A stretch of DNA of 64,000 bases, taken from NCBI GenBank assembly GCA_041739035.1, contig JBGSOQ010000062.1:44775-108774 (forward strand), in the 5' to 3' direction. Below, piece by piece: positions 9,542 to 18,594 of this stretch. The notes below the pieces were generated by a model, which worked only from the letters and a program-made list of their open reading frames with translations, did not search any database and was not told where the DNA came from. The translations under genes and the position numbers were made by a program. Source of the DNA: Ignavibacteriaceae bacterium. GTDB taxonomy: Bacteria; Bacteroidota; Ignavibacteria; Ignavibacteriales; Ignavibacteriaceae. Within the stretch, counting starts at the first letter, position 1. Each line of letters starts with the position of its first letter.

Positions 9542-11863
9542 TTATTTTATCAGAATCATTTTTTTTGTTTGAACAAAATTTTCCGCCTGAATTCTAAAAA
9601 AATAAGTTCCGCTCGATAAACCTTTTCCATCAAATAATACCTGATGGTAACCTGCTTCTTTTTCTTCATTTACTAAGGAAGCAACTTCTTTTCCCAGAAG
9701 GTCAAAAATCTTTATTGATACTTTTGAAACAACCGGTAAATCATAGCTAATCGTAGTTGATGGATTAAATGGATTAGGATAGTTCTGCGATAAAGAATAC
9801 TCTTTGGGATATTCAGGTGTTGATTCGACTCCAACAATAATATTTGCAGGTATCTTAGTGTTATTATAAAGTCCTGATACTTCATCATCAGTAAATCCGT
9901 AATTAAATACCAAAACATTATCTATACTACCTTTAAAGTATGAAGGCGTTCCGGAGGTTCCACTTTTACCTAACATTGGAATAATACCTGTATTTACATT
10001 ACCGGTAAGAATATGAGAGTCTTTTAACACACCATTGAGATATACTTTTGCATGCGAGCCATTGTAAACACCAACAACATGAATCCATTTTCCAGTAACT
10101 AAATCTGCTCCGGGAATTCCCGGTCTTTCAGCAGTAACATTCGTTACAACTTTAAACCTTAATTCGTTATTACCTCTATCTTCATACAGCACGAACTGAT
10201 CTCCTTCAGCATCAAATAAAGGCCCAAATGGCTGTAATAATTGACTTGGTAAATATGTCAATTTAGTCCAAACTGAAACCGTAACCCCACCGCCATTGAA
10301 ATTAAATGATGGAGAGTCTTGAAATTGTACAAAATCATCAACTCCATCAAACTCCATTGAATTGCCGAGATAACCTGACGATATTACAGCACCATTTTTC
10401 ACTACTCCATTGTTTGCATTTAATGAAGCATCATATATAACTGTATCAGGACCGACAATTGTGTAATCATCAAGATTGTAACAAGCAATGATATCTGATG
10501 TAATATTTTTATGTGTAAATGTCATAGATGCGTTTAACATCACGTTAGGAACAATTGCTTTGTCTTTAACATTGCTTACCGCCAAAGTGTAAGTGCTATC
10601 TAACAAACTGGAAGTTATTAAAAACACAGTTTTTTCATCCAGCATTAATTCTGCACTTAGAACTGATACACCTTTATTGATATTATAATTTGTTAACACT
10701 TCTGCAGATGCTTCTTCAACTCTCTCACTAAACTCTATGTAAACTGTAGAAGTCTCTCTCTCAGAAGTAACAAATGACACAACTGGTTTAGTAATGTCTG
10801 CATTTGTTGTTGCTGAAACTTCGTTACTGTAATTAGTGCTTTTTAATCCTGCACCATTCAATGCCTTTATTCTGTAATAAAACGTTTCATTTTCTGTTAA
10901 AGTATAATCAATATAATTTGTGGTATCACCAACTGTTACATATAGGGTTATTGGGTTGGGAATTATATCTCTATAAATCTCATAACCAGTTATTCCACTT
11001 TCAGGATCTTCAGATGACTCCCAACCTAAAGAAATATCCGTTTCACCAGTTGTAATTGCAGAATTTATGATAACATCAGCGGGTGCAGTTGAATCAGTAA
11101 CAGCAACTAACACTTGTGGAAAGTTAGTTGTAATTCCATCGATTCCTAGAGCAATCAAAGCTAGCATCTGGCTACCTGTGTTAATAGTCCACCCGTTAAA
11201 CAATACATTTTTTGAATGTGCATAATCTATTAACGCCTCCGTAATTGTGCCCCCGCTGCCAACCCATTCTCCATTTATCAAAGCAACCTGATCAATCATC
11301 GCATTTGTTATTGTGCCGAAAAGTTGAATGTCAATTGAAGCATCTAAAGATCTGCATTGTGCTATCTGAGAATATGTAAAACTTGATACGATTACCCGGT
11401 TCTGCATTCCGTAAGCCTGAATCATTGCGATTACTTTAGGGACTATTGTAGCGTCTGTTGTTTTTATTTCGGCAACAATGTCTACTATTCCATTGGCTTT
11501 GGAAAGTTCCAAGGCTTCAGAAAAAGTTGGAATTTTTTCACCTGTAAAATCAGGGCTAAACCAAGAGCCAGCATCAAGTAAACGAAGTTGAGCATAAGTC
11601 ATTGAACTAACTGAACCACTTCCACTTGTTGTTCTATCAACTGTTGCATCATGCATAATCATCATTGAATCATCACTGGAAAGTTGTATATCAAGTTCAA
11701 AATAATCTGCCCCTGTTTCTATTGCCTTAACCCAGGCTGAATAAGTGTTTTCAGGTGCTAAAGAAGAGCAGCCTCTGTGTGCAATATTTTGTACTTGAGC
11801 ATAATTATAAATGCTGAAGATAATCATCATAGAAAAAGCAATTAAGTTTGTTTTAATTTTCAT
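9542..11863 (-). CDS. Secreted glycerophosphodiester phosphodiesterase (GDPD) - Fn3 - LamG protein with T9SS sorting domain
   Basis: GDPD motifs IAHRGCSSLAPENTYSAW...ADYFELDIQLSSDDSMMIMHDATVDRTT. Fn3 segment, then LamG-like segment (NSMEFDGVDDFVQF...VYLNGVLKD). Tail NYPNPFNPSTTISY...KKMILIK. Start placed at the internal ATG (MKIKTNLIAF, GGAG RBS), not at the track start of 11926. Confidence 0.9.
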   Translation of the reverse strand: MKIKTNLIAFSMMIIFSIYNYAQVQNIAHRGCSSLAPENTYSAWVKAIETGADYFELDIQLSSDDSMMIMHDATVDRTTSGSGSVSSMTYAQLRLLDAGSWFSPDFTGEKIPTFSEALELSKANGIVDIVAEIKTTDATIVPKVIAMIQAYGMQNRVIVSSFTYSQIAQCRSLDASIDIQLFGTITNAMIDQVALINGEWVGSGGTITEALIDYAHSKNVLFNGWTINTGSQMLALIALGIDGITTNFPQVLVAVTDSTAPADVIINSAITTGETDISLGWESSEDPESGITGYEIYRDIIPNPITLYVTVGDTTNYIDYTLTENETFYYRIKALNGAGLKSTNYSNEVSATTNADITKPVVSFVTSERETSTVYIEFSERVEEASAEVLTNYNINKGVSVLSAELMLDEKTVFLITSSLLDSTYTLAVSNVKDKAIVPNVMLNASMTFTHKNITSDIIACYNLDDYTIVGPDTVIYDASLNANNGVVKNGAVISSGYLGNSMEFDGVDDFVQFQDSPSFNFNGGGVTVSVWTKLTYLPSQLLQPFGPLFDAEGDQFVLYEDRGNNELRFKVVTNVTAERPGIPGADLVTGKWIHVVGVYNGSHAKVYLNGVLKDSHILTGNVNTGIIPMLGKSGTSGTPSYFKGSIDNVLVFNYGFTDDEVSGLYNNTKIPANIIVGVESTPEYPKEYSLSQNYPNPFNPSTTISYDLPVVSKVSIKIFDLLGKEVASLVNEEKEAGYHQVLFDGKGLSSGTYFFRIQAENFVQTKKMILIK

Positions 11864-12123
11864 AGTAATCTCCTTTGGGGGATAATAAGACTGCATATAG
11901 AAATAAATGAAATAATTGCATAACAACTTTTGTCTAAATTAAGTTACTATTCTTCTGTAGAATACATGGCAAAGTAAATTATTGTGATGGTTTATCACAA
12001 TCGCATGTTCGTGGTATCTCGAAATCCCATTAAAGATTTAGGCGATGAGAATTGAAAATGGGGTGATTCTATATATTCACAAAAAGTTTAATTAAAAAAC
12101 GTTATTATAATTATTACTGATCA

Positions 12124-12786
12124 TTATAATATATTCTCTTTATAAACTTTTGAAACTGCACCCGAAATTGTGTTTACGTGGAGTTTATTATAAATATTCT
12201 TTAAGTGAGTATTAACCGTATGAAAACTTAGAAAAAGTTTGTCTGCTATCTGCTGTTTTGTTAAACCAGAAACAATTTGCTGAAGGATTTCTTTTTCACG
12301 CTCAGTCAAACCATAATCCGATTTTTTCTTTTTAAACTGCGCAAATAATTCAAGCACTTTATGCGCAATTTTCATATTCATCGGAGCTCCGCCTGCTAGT
12401 ACTTCTTTAATGGATTCTATGATTTTTTCTGGTGAAGAATCCTTTAAAAGATACCCTGAAGCTCCAGCGCACAATGCATCAAAAACTTTATCATTGTCAT
12501 CATAAATTGTAAGAATTAGTATTTGTGTTGCTGGCGAAAGCGCTTTAAATTTTTCTATTCCCTGTATACCGCTTATGCCAGGTAGACCAATATCCAGTAA
12601 AATTACCTCAGGTGAAATATCTTTTGAAAGAACCTCAAGTGCATCTTCACAGGAAACAAATGCATGAGGACAATGTAATCCCTCAGTCCCGTTTATAAGT
12701 CCGGCTAAAGATTTTCTATATCTTATATTATCTTCTACCAGCCAAATATTTATTGATTTATATTCCGTATGTGTTGCTTTTTTCAA
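12124..12786 (-). CDS. NarL/LuxR-family response regulator (REC + LuxR HTH)
   Basis: 220 aa. REC domain (IWLVEDN...VILLDIGLPGISG). C-terminal LuxR-type HTH (LTEREKEILQQIVSGLTKQQIADKLFLSFHTVNTHLKNIYNKL). TTG start. Confidence 0.9.
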   Translation of the reverse strand: MKKATHTEYKSINIWLVEDNIRYRKSLAGLINGTEGLHCPHAFVSCEDALEVLSKDISPEVILLDIGLPGISGIQGIEKFKALSPATQILILTIYDDNDKVFDALCAGASGYLLKDSSPEKIIESIKEVLAGGAPMNMKIAHKVLELFAQFKKKKSDYGLTEREKEILQQIVSGLTKQQIADKLFLSFHTVNTHLKNIYNKLHVNTISGAVSKVYKENIL

Positions 12787-12885
12787 ATTCTAATCACGAT
12801 TAAATTGTTAAAATTATATTTTGGTTACCATACCACGTTCGAGGCATTTATAAATTAAAAAGATTTTTGTCTAATCATAATTTCA

Positions 12886-15800
12886 TCACATTTTTGCTTT
12901 CACATCCAGAGTAATTGTTGTTCCTCTATTTCTCTCACTTTCTATTAATAACTTCCCTTTAATCTTTTCAGATCTCTTCATCATACTTAGAACACCGGTA
13001 TTCTTTTTTACGCCATTAACATCAAATCCTTCCCCTTCATCAATAACTTTCAGAATTAATTGATCCGATTGACCTTTTATATCAACAGAACATTTATTTG
13101 CTTTTGAATGTCTTATCACATTTGTTAATGCTTCTTTGTAGATGAGAAAAATATTTCTGCGCTGTTCAAGAGAAAAAAGATCAAAACGGATACCAGGCGT
13201 TGAATTGAAACTCCATTGCATACCGACTAACAACCTTGCAGCTGTTTCCCGCATTTTAAATATTATATCTTCACCTTCATCATTTTTAGGATTGATGAAC
13301 CAAATAATATCCCGCATCGCATCAAGTGTTTGTGAAGCTGTTTTACTAATATCCGACGAAAGTTCAAGTTCACTTTCTGATAATGAATTACTTTTCATAA
13401 GAAGCTGACCATCAACACATATGCTGCTTAGATTACTTCCAATTTCATCATGTAAATCGCTGGCTATATCATAACGAATTCTTTCTATCTTCAGTAATTG
13501 ATTGACCCTGAACTTGTAAATCATAAATCCTACAAATACAAGTGCTAAGCCCAAAAGAATTTTAAACCACCAGGTCATCCACCATGCCGGTTTAATTATT
13601 ATTGAAAGCACGATGGGATCAGTCCAAATATTATCTGCATTACCGGCTTTTACTAAAAACCTATAATTACCATATTCAATATCAGTGTAATATGCAGTAG
13701 TTCTGGATTCCGCTTGTATCCAATTAGGATCAATTCCTTCTAGCATATATGAGTATTTGTGTTTGTGTGCCGGCGCCATATCCAGTGAAGCAAACTCAAT
13801 TGAAAAAAAATTTTGATTGTACTGCAGAACAATTTCCTTTGTTGCCGGCAACGATTGAGGCAATGTTGCTTCTTTATCAAATACTTTAAATGATGTAAAA
13901 GCAATTGATGATTTTTTTGTATCTAAAGAAATTAACTGGGGATAAAAAGAAATAAATCCATAATCCCCGCCAAAATACATTTTGCCGGAATGATCTTTAT
14001 AACTGGCATGCCAATTAAAAAGATTACTAATAATTCCATCTGATTGATCGTATATTCTAAATGATTCTGTTGAAGGATTAAATTTGGCTAATCCTTTCAT
14101 TGTACTGATCCATAAATTCCCTTTCTCATCTTCAAGGATACCAAAAACTACATCATTGGGTAAACCATTACGCGTTGTGTAACGAGCAAATTTTCCTGAT
14201 AGTTTATCAAACTTATTAAACCCACCGCTATGCGTTCCTAACCAGATATAACCCTTCGAGTCTTCGTAAATCGATGAAACTTTACTTGCACTTATGCTGT
14301 TCTGATTATCAGAATTTGGGAAGTAATGATATAAAACCTGAGATTTGGAATCATATCTAAAAAGACCATCTAACCATGTTCCAATCCATATCTCTCCGTT
14401 TTTATCTTCAAACAAAGAATTTACAGATATAATATCTGGAAGTTTTATAGAATCATTTTTAATGATTGGTTTGTAATTATAAAATTTCTCACTTTTACGA
14501 TCTAAGATTTGAAGGCCATCATTTGTACCGATTAATAGTTCACCATTCCTTGTTTCTAATATCTGCTGAACCCAATCAGATTTAATGCTGGTGGAGTTAT
14601 TAGGATTATGTCTGTAGATTTTAAATTTTTTAGTCTTTGGATCAAATCGATTTAATCCGCCGTATGAAGTTCCTATCCAGAGAATTCCATATTTATCTTC
14701 GTATAATGCAACAATATCATTTACGGAGAGTGTGTTTGGATCGCCTGGTATGTTTTTAAAGTGAATAATAGAATTATCTGCTAAATTAATCCTGTCAAAT
14801 CCGCCGCCGCCATAACCGATCCAAAGACTATTTTCTTTTCCACCAATAATACTGCTTACAACTTTTCCGCCAAGTGTGTTTTTTCTTCCAGATAGAAAGC
14901 GATATTGTATAAATTCTTTAGTGGAAGACAATTTACTTATTCCCTCTTCGGTCCCTATCCAAATATTATTGCTCCGGTCTTCATATAACCATCTTATTCT
15001 ATTTGAAATAAGAGAATTGGGATCATCATCTGCCCTCTCGAGAAGAACATACTGCATTTTCCCATTTTGATCTTTTTGAAAAAGATATAACCCCATATAG
15101 TTATAAGTTCCGGCCCACATATTACCATCATGATCTTTAATTACTTGCCTGAACATCATCGGCACTTCGTTTTGCAAATTTGCAGGAGCAAAAAGATGAT
15201 GTGTTATCTTTTTCGTTTTTAAATCAAAGTTATCTACACCGGTACCAGTACTAAGTATTAAATTTTTATTTGAGTCGTTGAATACATCCCAAACATAGTT
15301 ATTGGAAATTGAACTGATATCCTGAGGATTGTTTTTGAACTGGATGAATGATTGTTCTTCAATATTAAATTGGAAAAGTCCACTGCTCAATGTCCCAATC
15401 CATAGATTCTTATCAGCATCTTGAGTTATTGAGGTTATATTGTCATCCGGAAAATAATTTTTGCCGGAAAACTTTTTTCGATAAGCAGAGATCTTTTTTG
15501 TTTTGGGATCTAGCTTAATAAAACCGCTATTTGTTGTGCCGTACCAGATATTATTAGCATCATCCTCATATAAACACTGAATATAATCATCGTCTTTTGA
15601 TTCATCGTCAAACCTTATAAATGTTTCATCAAATTGATCAAACTTACATAAACCTCCACCCCATGTACCCACCCAAAAAGTTCCGTCTTTACTTTCCAAT
15701 AAAGACATTACATAATTTTCCGGTAGAGATTTTTTCTTTGAAGGATTGTTTTTATAAACTTTAAAATTCTGTCCATCATATCTATTTAGTCCGTCCTTTG

Positions 15801-15978
15801 TAGCAATCCACAAAAATCCATCGCTCGTTTGAAGAATGCAATTAATTGAATTGTTTGATAATCCATCATCAATTGTAAGGTTCTCAAATCTTAAGGAGCG
15901 GTATTGCGGATATATAGATAGGAAGAACGGAGAGAAGAATACAAAGAAAACAAAAACTATTTTTAAGACATGCGACAT
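12886..15978 (-). CDS. Sensor histidine kinase with periplasmic beta-propeller repeats + Y_Y_Y domain, HisKA_3 and HATPase_c
   Basis: 1030 aa. Many two-component-regulator propeller repeats (FLWIATKDGLNRYD, TFWVGTWGGGLCKFD, NLWIGTLSSGLF...). Y_Y_Y-like segment (YSYMLEGIDPNWI...GNYRFLVKA). One TM helix (WWFKILLGLALVFVGFMIY). H-box region IASDLHDEIGSNL. ATPase region VIDEGEGF...GTTITLDV. Confidence 0.9.
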   Translation of the reverse strand: MSHVLKIVFVFFVFFSPFFLSIYPQYRSLRFENLTIDDGLSNNSINCILQTSDGFLWIATKDGLNRYDGQNFKVYKNNPSKKKSLPENYVMSLLESKDGTFWVGTWGGGLCKFDQFDETFIRFDDESKDDDYIQCLYEDDANNIWYGTTNSGFIKLDPKTKKISAYRKKFSGKNYFPDDNITSITQDADKNLWIGTLSSGLFQFNIEEQSFIQFKNNPQDISSISNNYVWDVFNDSNKNLILSTGTGVDNFDLKTKKITHHLFAPANLQNEVPMMFRQVIKDHDGNMWAGTYNYMGLYLFQKDQNGKMQYVLLERADDDPNSLISNRIRWLYEDRSNNIWIGTEEGISKLSSTKEFIQYRFLSGRKNTLGGKVVSSIIGGKENSLWIGYGGGGFDRINLADNSIIHFKNIPGDPNTLSVNDIVALYEDKYGILWIGTSYGGLNRFDPKTKKFKIYRHNPNNSTSIKSDWVQQILETRNGELLIGTNDGLQILDRKSEKFYNYKPIIKNDSIKLPDIISVNSLFEDKNGEIWIGTWLDGLFRYDSKSQVLYHYFPNSDNQNSISASKVSSIYEDSKGYIWLGTHSGGFNKFDKLSGKFARYTTRNGLPNDVVFGILEDEKGNLWISTMKGLAKFNPSTESFRIYDQSDGIISNLFNWHASYKDHSGKMYFGGDYGFISFYPQLISLDTKKSSIAFTSFKVFDKEATLPQSLPATKEIVLQYNQNFFSIEFASLDMAPAHKHKYSYMLEGIDPNWIQAESRTTAYYTDIEYGNYRFLVKAGNADNIWTDPIVLSIIIKPAWWMTWWFKILLGLALVFVGFMIYKFRVNQLLKIERIRYDIASDLHDEIGSNLSSICVDGQLLMKSNSLSESELELSSDISKTASQTLDAMRDIIWFINPKNDEGEDIIFKMRETAARLLVGMQWSFNSTPGIRFDLFSLEQRRNIFLIYKEALTNVIRHSKANKCSVDIKGQSDQLILKVIDEGEGFDVNGVKKNTGVLSMMKRSEKIKGKLLIESERNRGTTITLDVKAKM

Positions 15979-16025
15979 GAAAATTCACACATAGAATATT
16001 CCTAAAATGTACACCTTCCTGGTTG

Positions 16026-16062
16026 AAAAAGAGCAAGTGTTTTAAATTTTAACACTTGCTCT
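16026..16062 (-). terminator. Rho-independent terminator of 16087..18420
   Basis: 12-bp stem AGAGCAAGTGTT (16030-16041) / AACACTTGCTCT (16051-16062) with a 9-nt loop. TTTTC follows on the minus strand. Confidence 0.75.
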
Positions 16063-16086
16063 ATATGTTTTTCTAATAACCCAAAA

Positions 16087-18420
16087 CTATTTAAGGTAAA
16101 CCATTTTCTTTACTGAAAAAAAATCATCCGCTTCCAACTTATAAAAATATACTCCACTGGATAAATTTAGTTCATCCGCATTTAATTCTATTTCATTTTT
16201 CCCAGCACTTTTAAATTCGTTAACAACTAGTCCAACTTCGTTTCCTAAAACATCATAAACTTTTAATTTTACATTTGATGCTTGCGGTAAATTAAAAACT
16301 ATTTTAGTCTCAGGATTGAACGGATTTGGAAAGTTTTGTTCAAGTAAAAATTCTGAAGGAATAAATCCTGTTTCTTCATCGACATCTGTTACTGTGCCGC
16401 CCAGATTATAAAACGGTAGGTACCCGGTTTTTAGATTAGAAGCAACCGGTTTTGCTGTAACTCTGTCCATCCCATATAAACCCATGCTCTGGTAACCTCC
16501 CGGATGCTGATGTGAATACCAATCAAAAATACACCACCATGTAACACCCATTAGAGCACCGCCTGGATTTATCGTACCATTCGAATTTAAAGCTGCATGA
16601 GATTTGAAAGCTAAAAAAGTAAAATCAAATACATCCTTTTGCTTTTGAGTACTAGTACCGTCCTCAGAAGACCAATAACCAAATTCAGTATCAAGTATCG
16701 GCTTGCCGGGTAGATTTGTTTTTACGCTGTTAAGAAAATTAAAAGTACCTGTAAAGTAAGTTGAGCCATGAAAAACTCCAAAGTACATCGTCCAGCCCAT
16801 TACATCGCAGGCATGTTGTGAGTCATCAGTCGATCCTGGTCTATCAGCGGCTGCTGATTGAGTTACAAATCTTCCATCCGGATAATTTTGATCTAAATCC
16901 TGATTGACTCTATCTATAAAGATTTTTCTATTAGGTACATCAAGGCACTCATTTACAGTGCTCCACATAAAAATTGACGGACGATTATAATCTTTAAAAA
17001 CCATTTCGCGGAACATCTGTTCGTGTATATGTCTTTCATTATTCTGAATGTTCCAGGCAGCTTCAGTATCGAACCACCAAACCGGAATTTCTTCTATGAC
17101 CGCAATTCCTAATCTATCTGCCAATAAGTATGTTTGAAGATGATTTGGATAGTGAGCAGTTCTTAAAGATGTAGCGTTAACACCTTTAACTTTTAACAAA
17201 TCAGAATAAATTGAATCAATGGGAATGCTTCTTCCAAATATAGGATGATCTTCGTGTCTGGCAACTCCGGTTAAAAATACTGTTTCATTATTCAGATAAA
17301 ACTTATCGCTGGCAACTTCCAATTTTCTTATTCCAAATTGAGTATAATATTCATCAACAACATTTCCATCAACACTTAACTTAACCTTCATTACATACAA
17401 ATTCGGATTTTTCATCGACCATAATTTTGGATTAGCAATACTAAGATTTGTCTGCCATACACTTACACTATCACCTAAAACAGAAATTGAATTATTAGTA
17501 ACTCCGGAAGCAGGCACCGGAACTCCGACTATTTCATGCGCAGATTCCGCATTAAAATTATTTTCATTTATATCAGCCTCAAAAACTTCAACATCAACTG
17601 TAACGTTTTTTGTTAGATCAAGATCATTTGAGATAACAATTGAAGTTTGAAAATCTCCATTAACATTTTGCGGAACTATGTTGGTTCTTAAAACAGAGAC
17701 TGAATGAGAAAACTCAAGATAAATATCGTGTATTATTCCCGTATAATTAAACCAATCACAAGCTGTATAAGGAACTATATCATTTCTTGTATTCCATATC
17801 GGATTATCAACTCTAACAACAATAATATTTTCACCGTTATAGTTCAAAGCCGATGTTACATCAAATGCAAAGGGTGTGTATCCTCCTTCATGATAACCAA
17901 GGTAAACATCATTTAACCAAACATCTGCAACATAATTAACTGAATAGAACATAAGTTTTACAAATGTATCTGTCTGCGATGCTGTAACATTGAATTTTTT
18001 TCTATACCAAACTCCATCTTGATAGTATTCAGGAACATCCGGATAAGTATTCATTGTGTTTTCAACAGCTGGTAATGTTTTAGTATCCCAACCACTGTCA
18101 TCATAAATATAGAGATGTCTATTTGCAGCTTCTGTAATTAAGTTTATATAACCATCAGTATCTCTTTTATCTAATGTGATATTATCATCAGCAGCAAATC
18201 TTTGTTTTTTCCAATCACCTTTTAAATCAATAATTTCTCTAACATTCTTTTCAAACGATGGGACTGGAAATCCATTTTGATATGGGACTTTAACACCGTT
18301 GAAATCTTTCAAAGAAAGCGTTGCATCCAAAGTCGCAGTTTGTGAATGTAATAATGCAGTTGTGAAGAAAAATAATAATAATGCCAATACGTATTCAAGT
18401 TTTGTTAGTGTTTTAATCAT
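16087..18420 (-). CDS. Glycoside hydrolase family 2 enzyme with T9SS sorting domain
   Basis: 777 aa. GH2 sugar-binding region (GVWYRKKF...VWLNDVYLGYHEGGYTPFAFDVTSAL). Acid/base region FMWSTVNEC. Nucleophile region ILDTEFGYW. Tail NFPNPFNPETKIVF...GVYFYKLEADDFFSVKKMVYLK. Confidence 0.9.
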   Translation of the reverse strand: MIKTLTKLEYVLALLLFFFTTALLHSQTATLDATLSLKDFNGVKVPYQNGFPVPSFEKNVREIIDLKGDWKKQRFAADDNITLDKRDTDGYINLITEAANRHLYIYDDSGWDTKTLPAVENTMNTYPDVPEYYQDGVWYRKKFNVTASQTDTFVKLMFYSVNYVADVWLNDVYLGYHEGGYTPFAFDVTSALNYNGENIIVVRVDNPIWNTRNDIVPYTACDWFNYTGIIHDIYLEFSHSVSVLRTNIVPQNVNGDFQTSIVISNDLDLTKNVTVDVEVFEADINENNFNAESAHEIVGVPVPASGVTNNSISVLGDSVSVWQTNLSIANPKLWSMKNPNLYVMKVKLSVDGNVVDEYYTQFGIRKLEVASDKFYLNNETVFLTGVARHEDHPIFGRSIPIDSIYSDLLKVKGVNATSLRTAHYPNHLQTYLLADRLGIAVIEEIPVWWFDTEAAWNIQNNERHIHEQMFREMVFKDYNRPSIFMWSTVNECLDVPNRKIFIDRVNQDLDQNYPDGRFVTQSAAADRPGSTDDSQHACDVMGWTMYFGVFHGSTYFTGTFNFLNSVKTNLPGKPILDTEFGYWSSEDGTSTQKQKDVFDFTFLAFKSHAALNSNGTINPGGALMGVTWWCIFDWYSHQHPGGYQSMGLYGMDRVTAKPVASNLKTGYLPFYNLGGTVTDVDEETGFIPSEFLLEQNFPNPFNPETKIVFNLPQASNVKLKVYDVLGNEVGLVVNEFKSAGKNEIELNADELNLSSGVYFYKLEADDFFSVKKMVYLK

Positions 18421-18460
18421 ACAGTGCTCTTTAAATTTTAATTTAGATTAATGTTATAGT

Positions 18461-18476
18461 GACAACAATAATGCCG
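18461..18476 (-). promoter_or_regulatory. Weak candidate sigma-54 (-24/-12) promoter upstream of the GH2 gene
   Basis: The minus strand reads CGGCATTATTGTTGTC. GGCA and TTG have the correct -24/-12 spacing relative to TGGCAC-N5-TTGC, but the conserved -12 C is T. It lies about 40 nt upstream of the ATG at 18420 and immediately downstream of a sigma-54 activator gene. Confidence 0.2.
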
Positions 18477-18594
18477 CTCGATGTAATATTCAATGTTTTA
18501 TTACAAATATTTTTTTTGAACGATTAAACAAACTGAATTTTATTTCTTTATTAAAGTAATAATCCAACTCCCAAATTATTATAAGTAAGAATAA

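Noticed and set aside
12010-12839. 8-bp inverted repeat CGTGGTAT / ATACCACG flanking the NarL-type regulator gene, considered as possible mobile-element ends
   Set aside because: A couple of 8-mer matches are expected by chance in 64 kb on two strands. There are no extended terminal repeats, target duplications or transposase.
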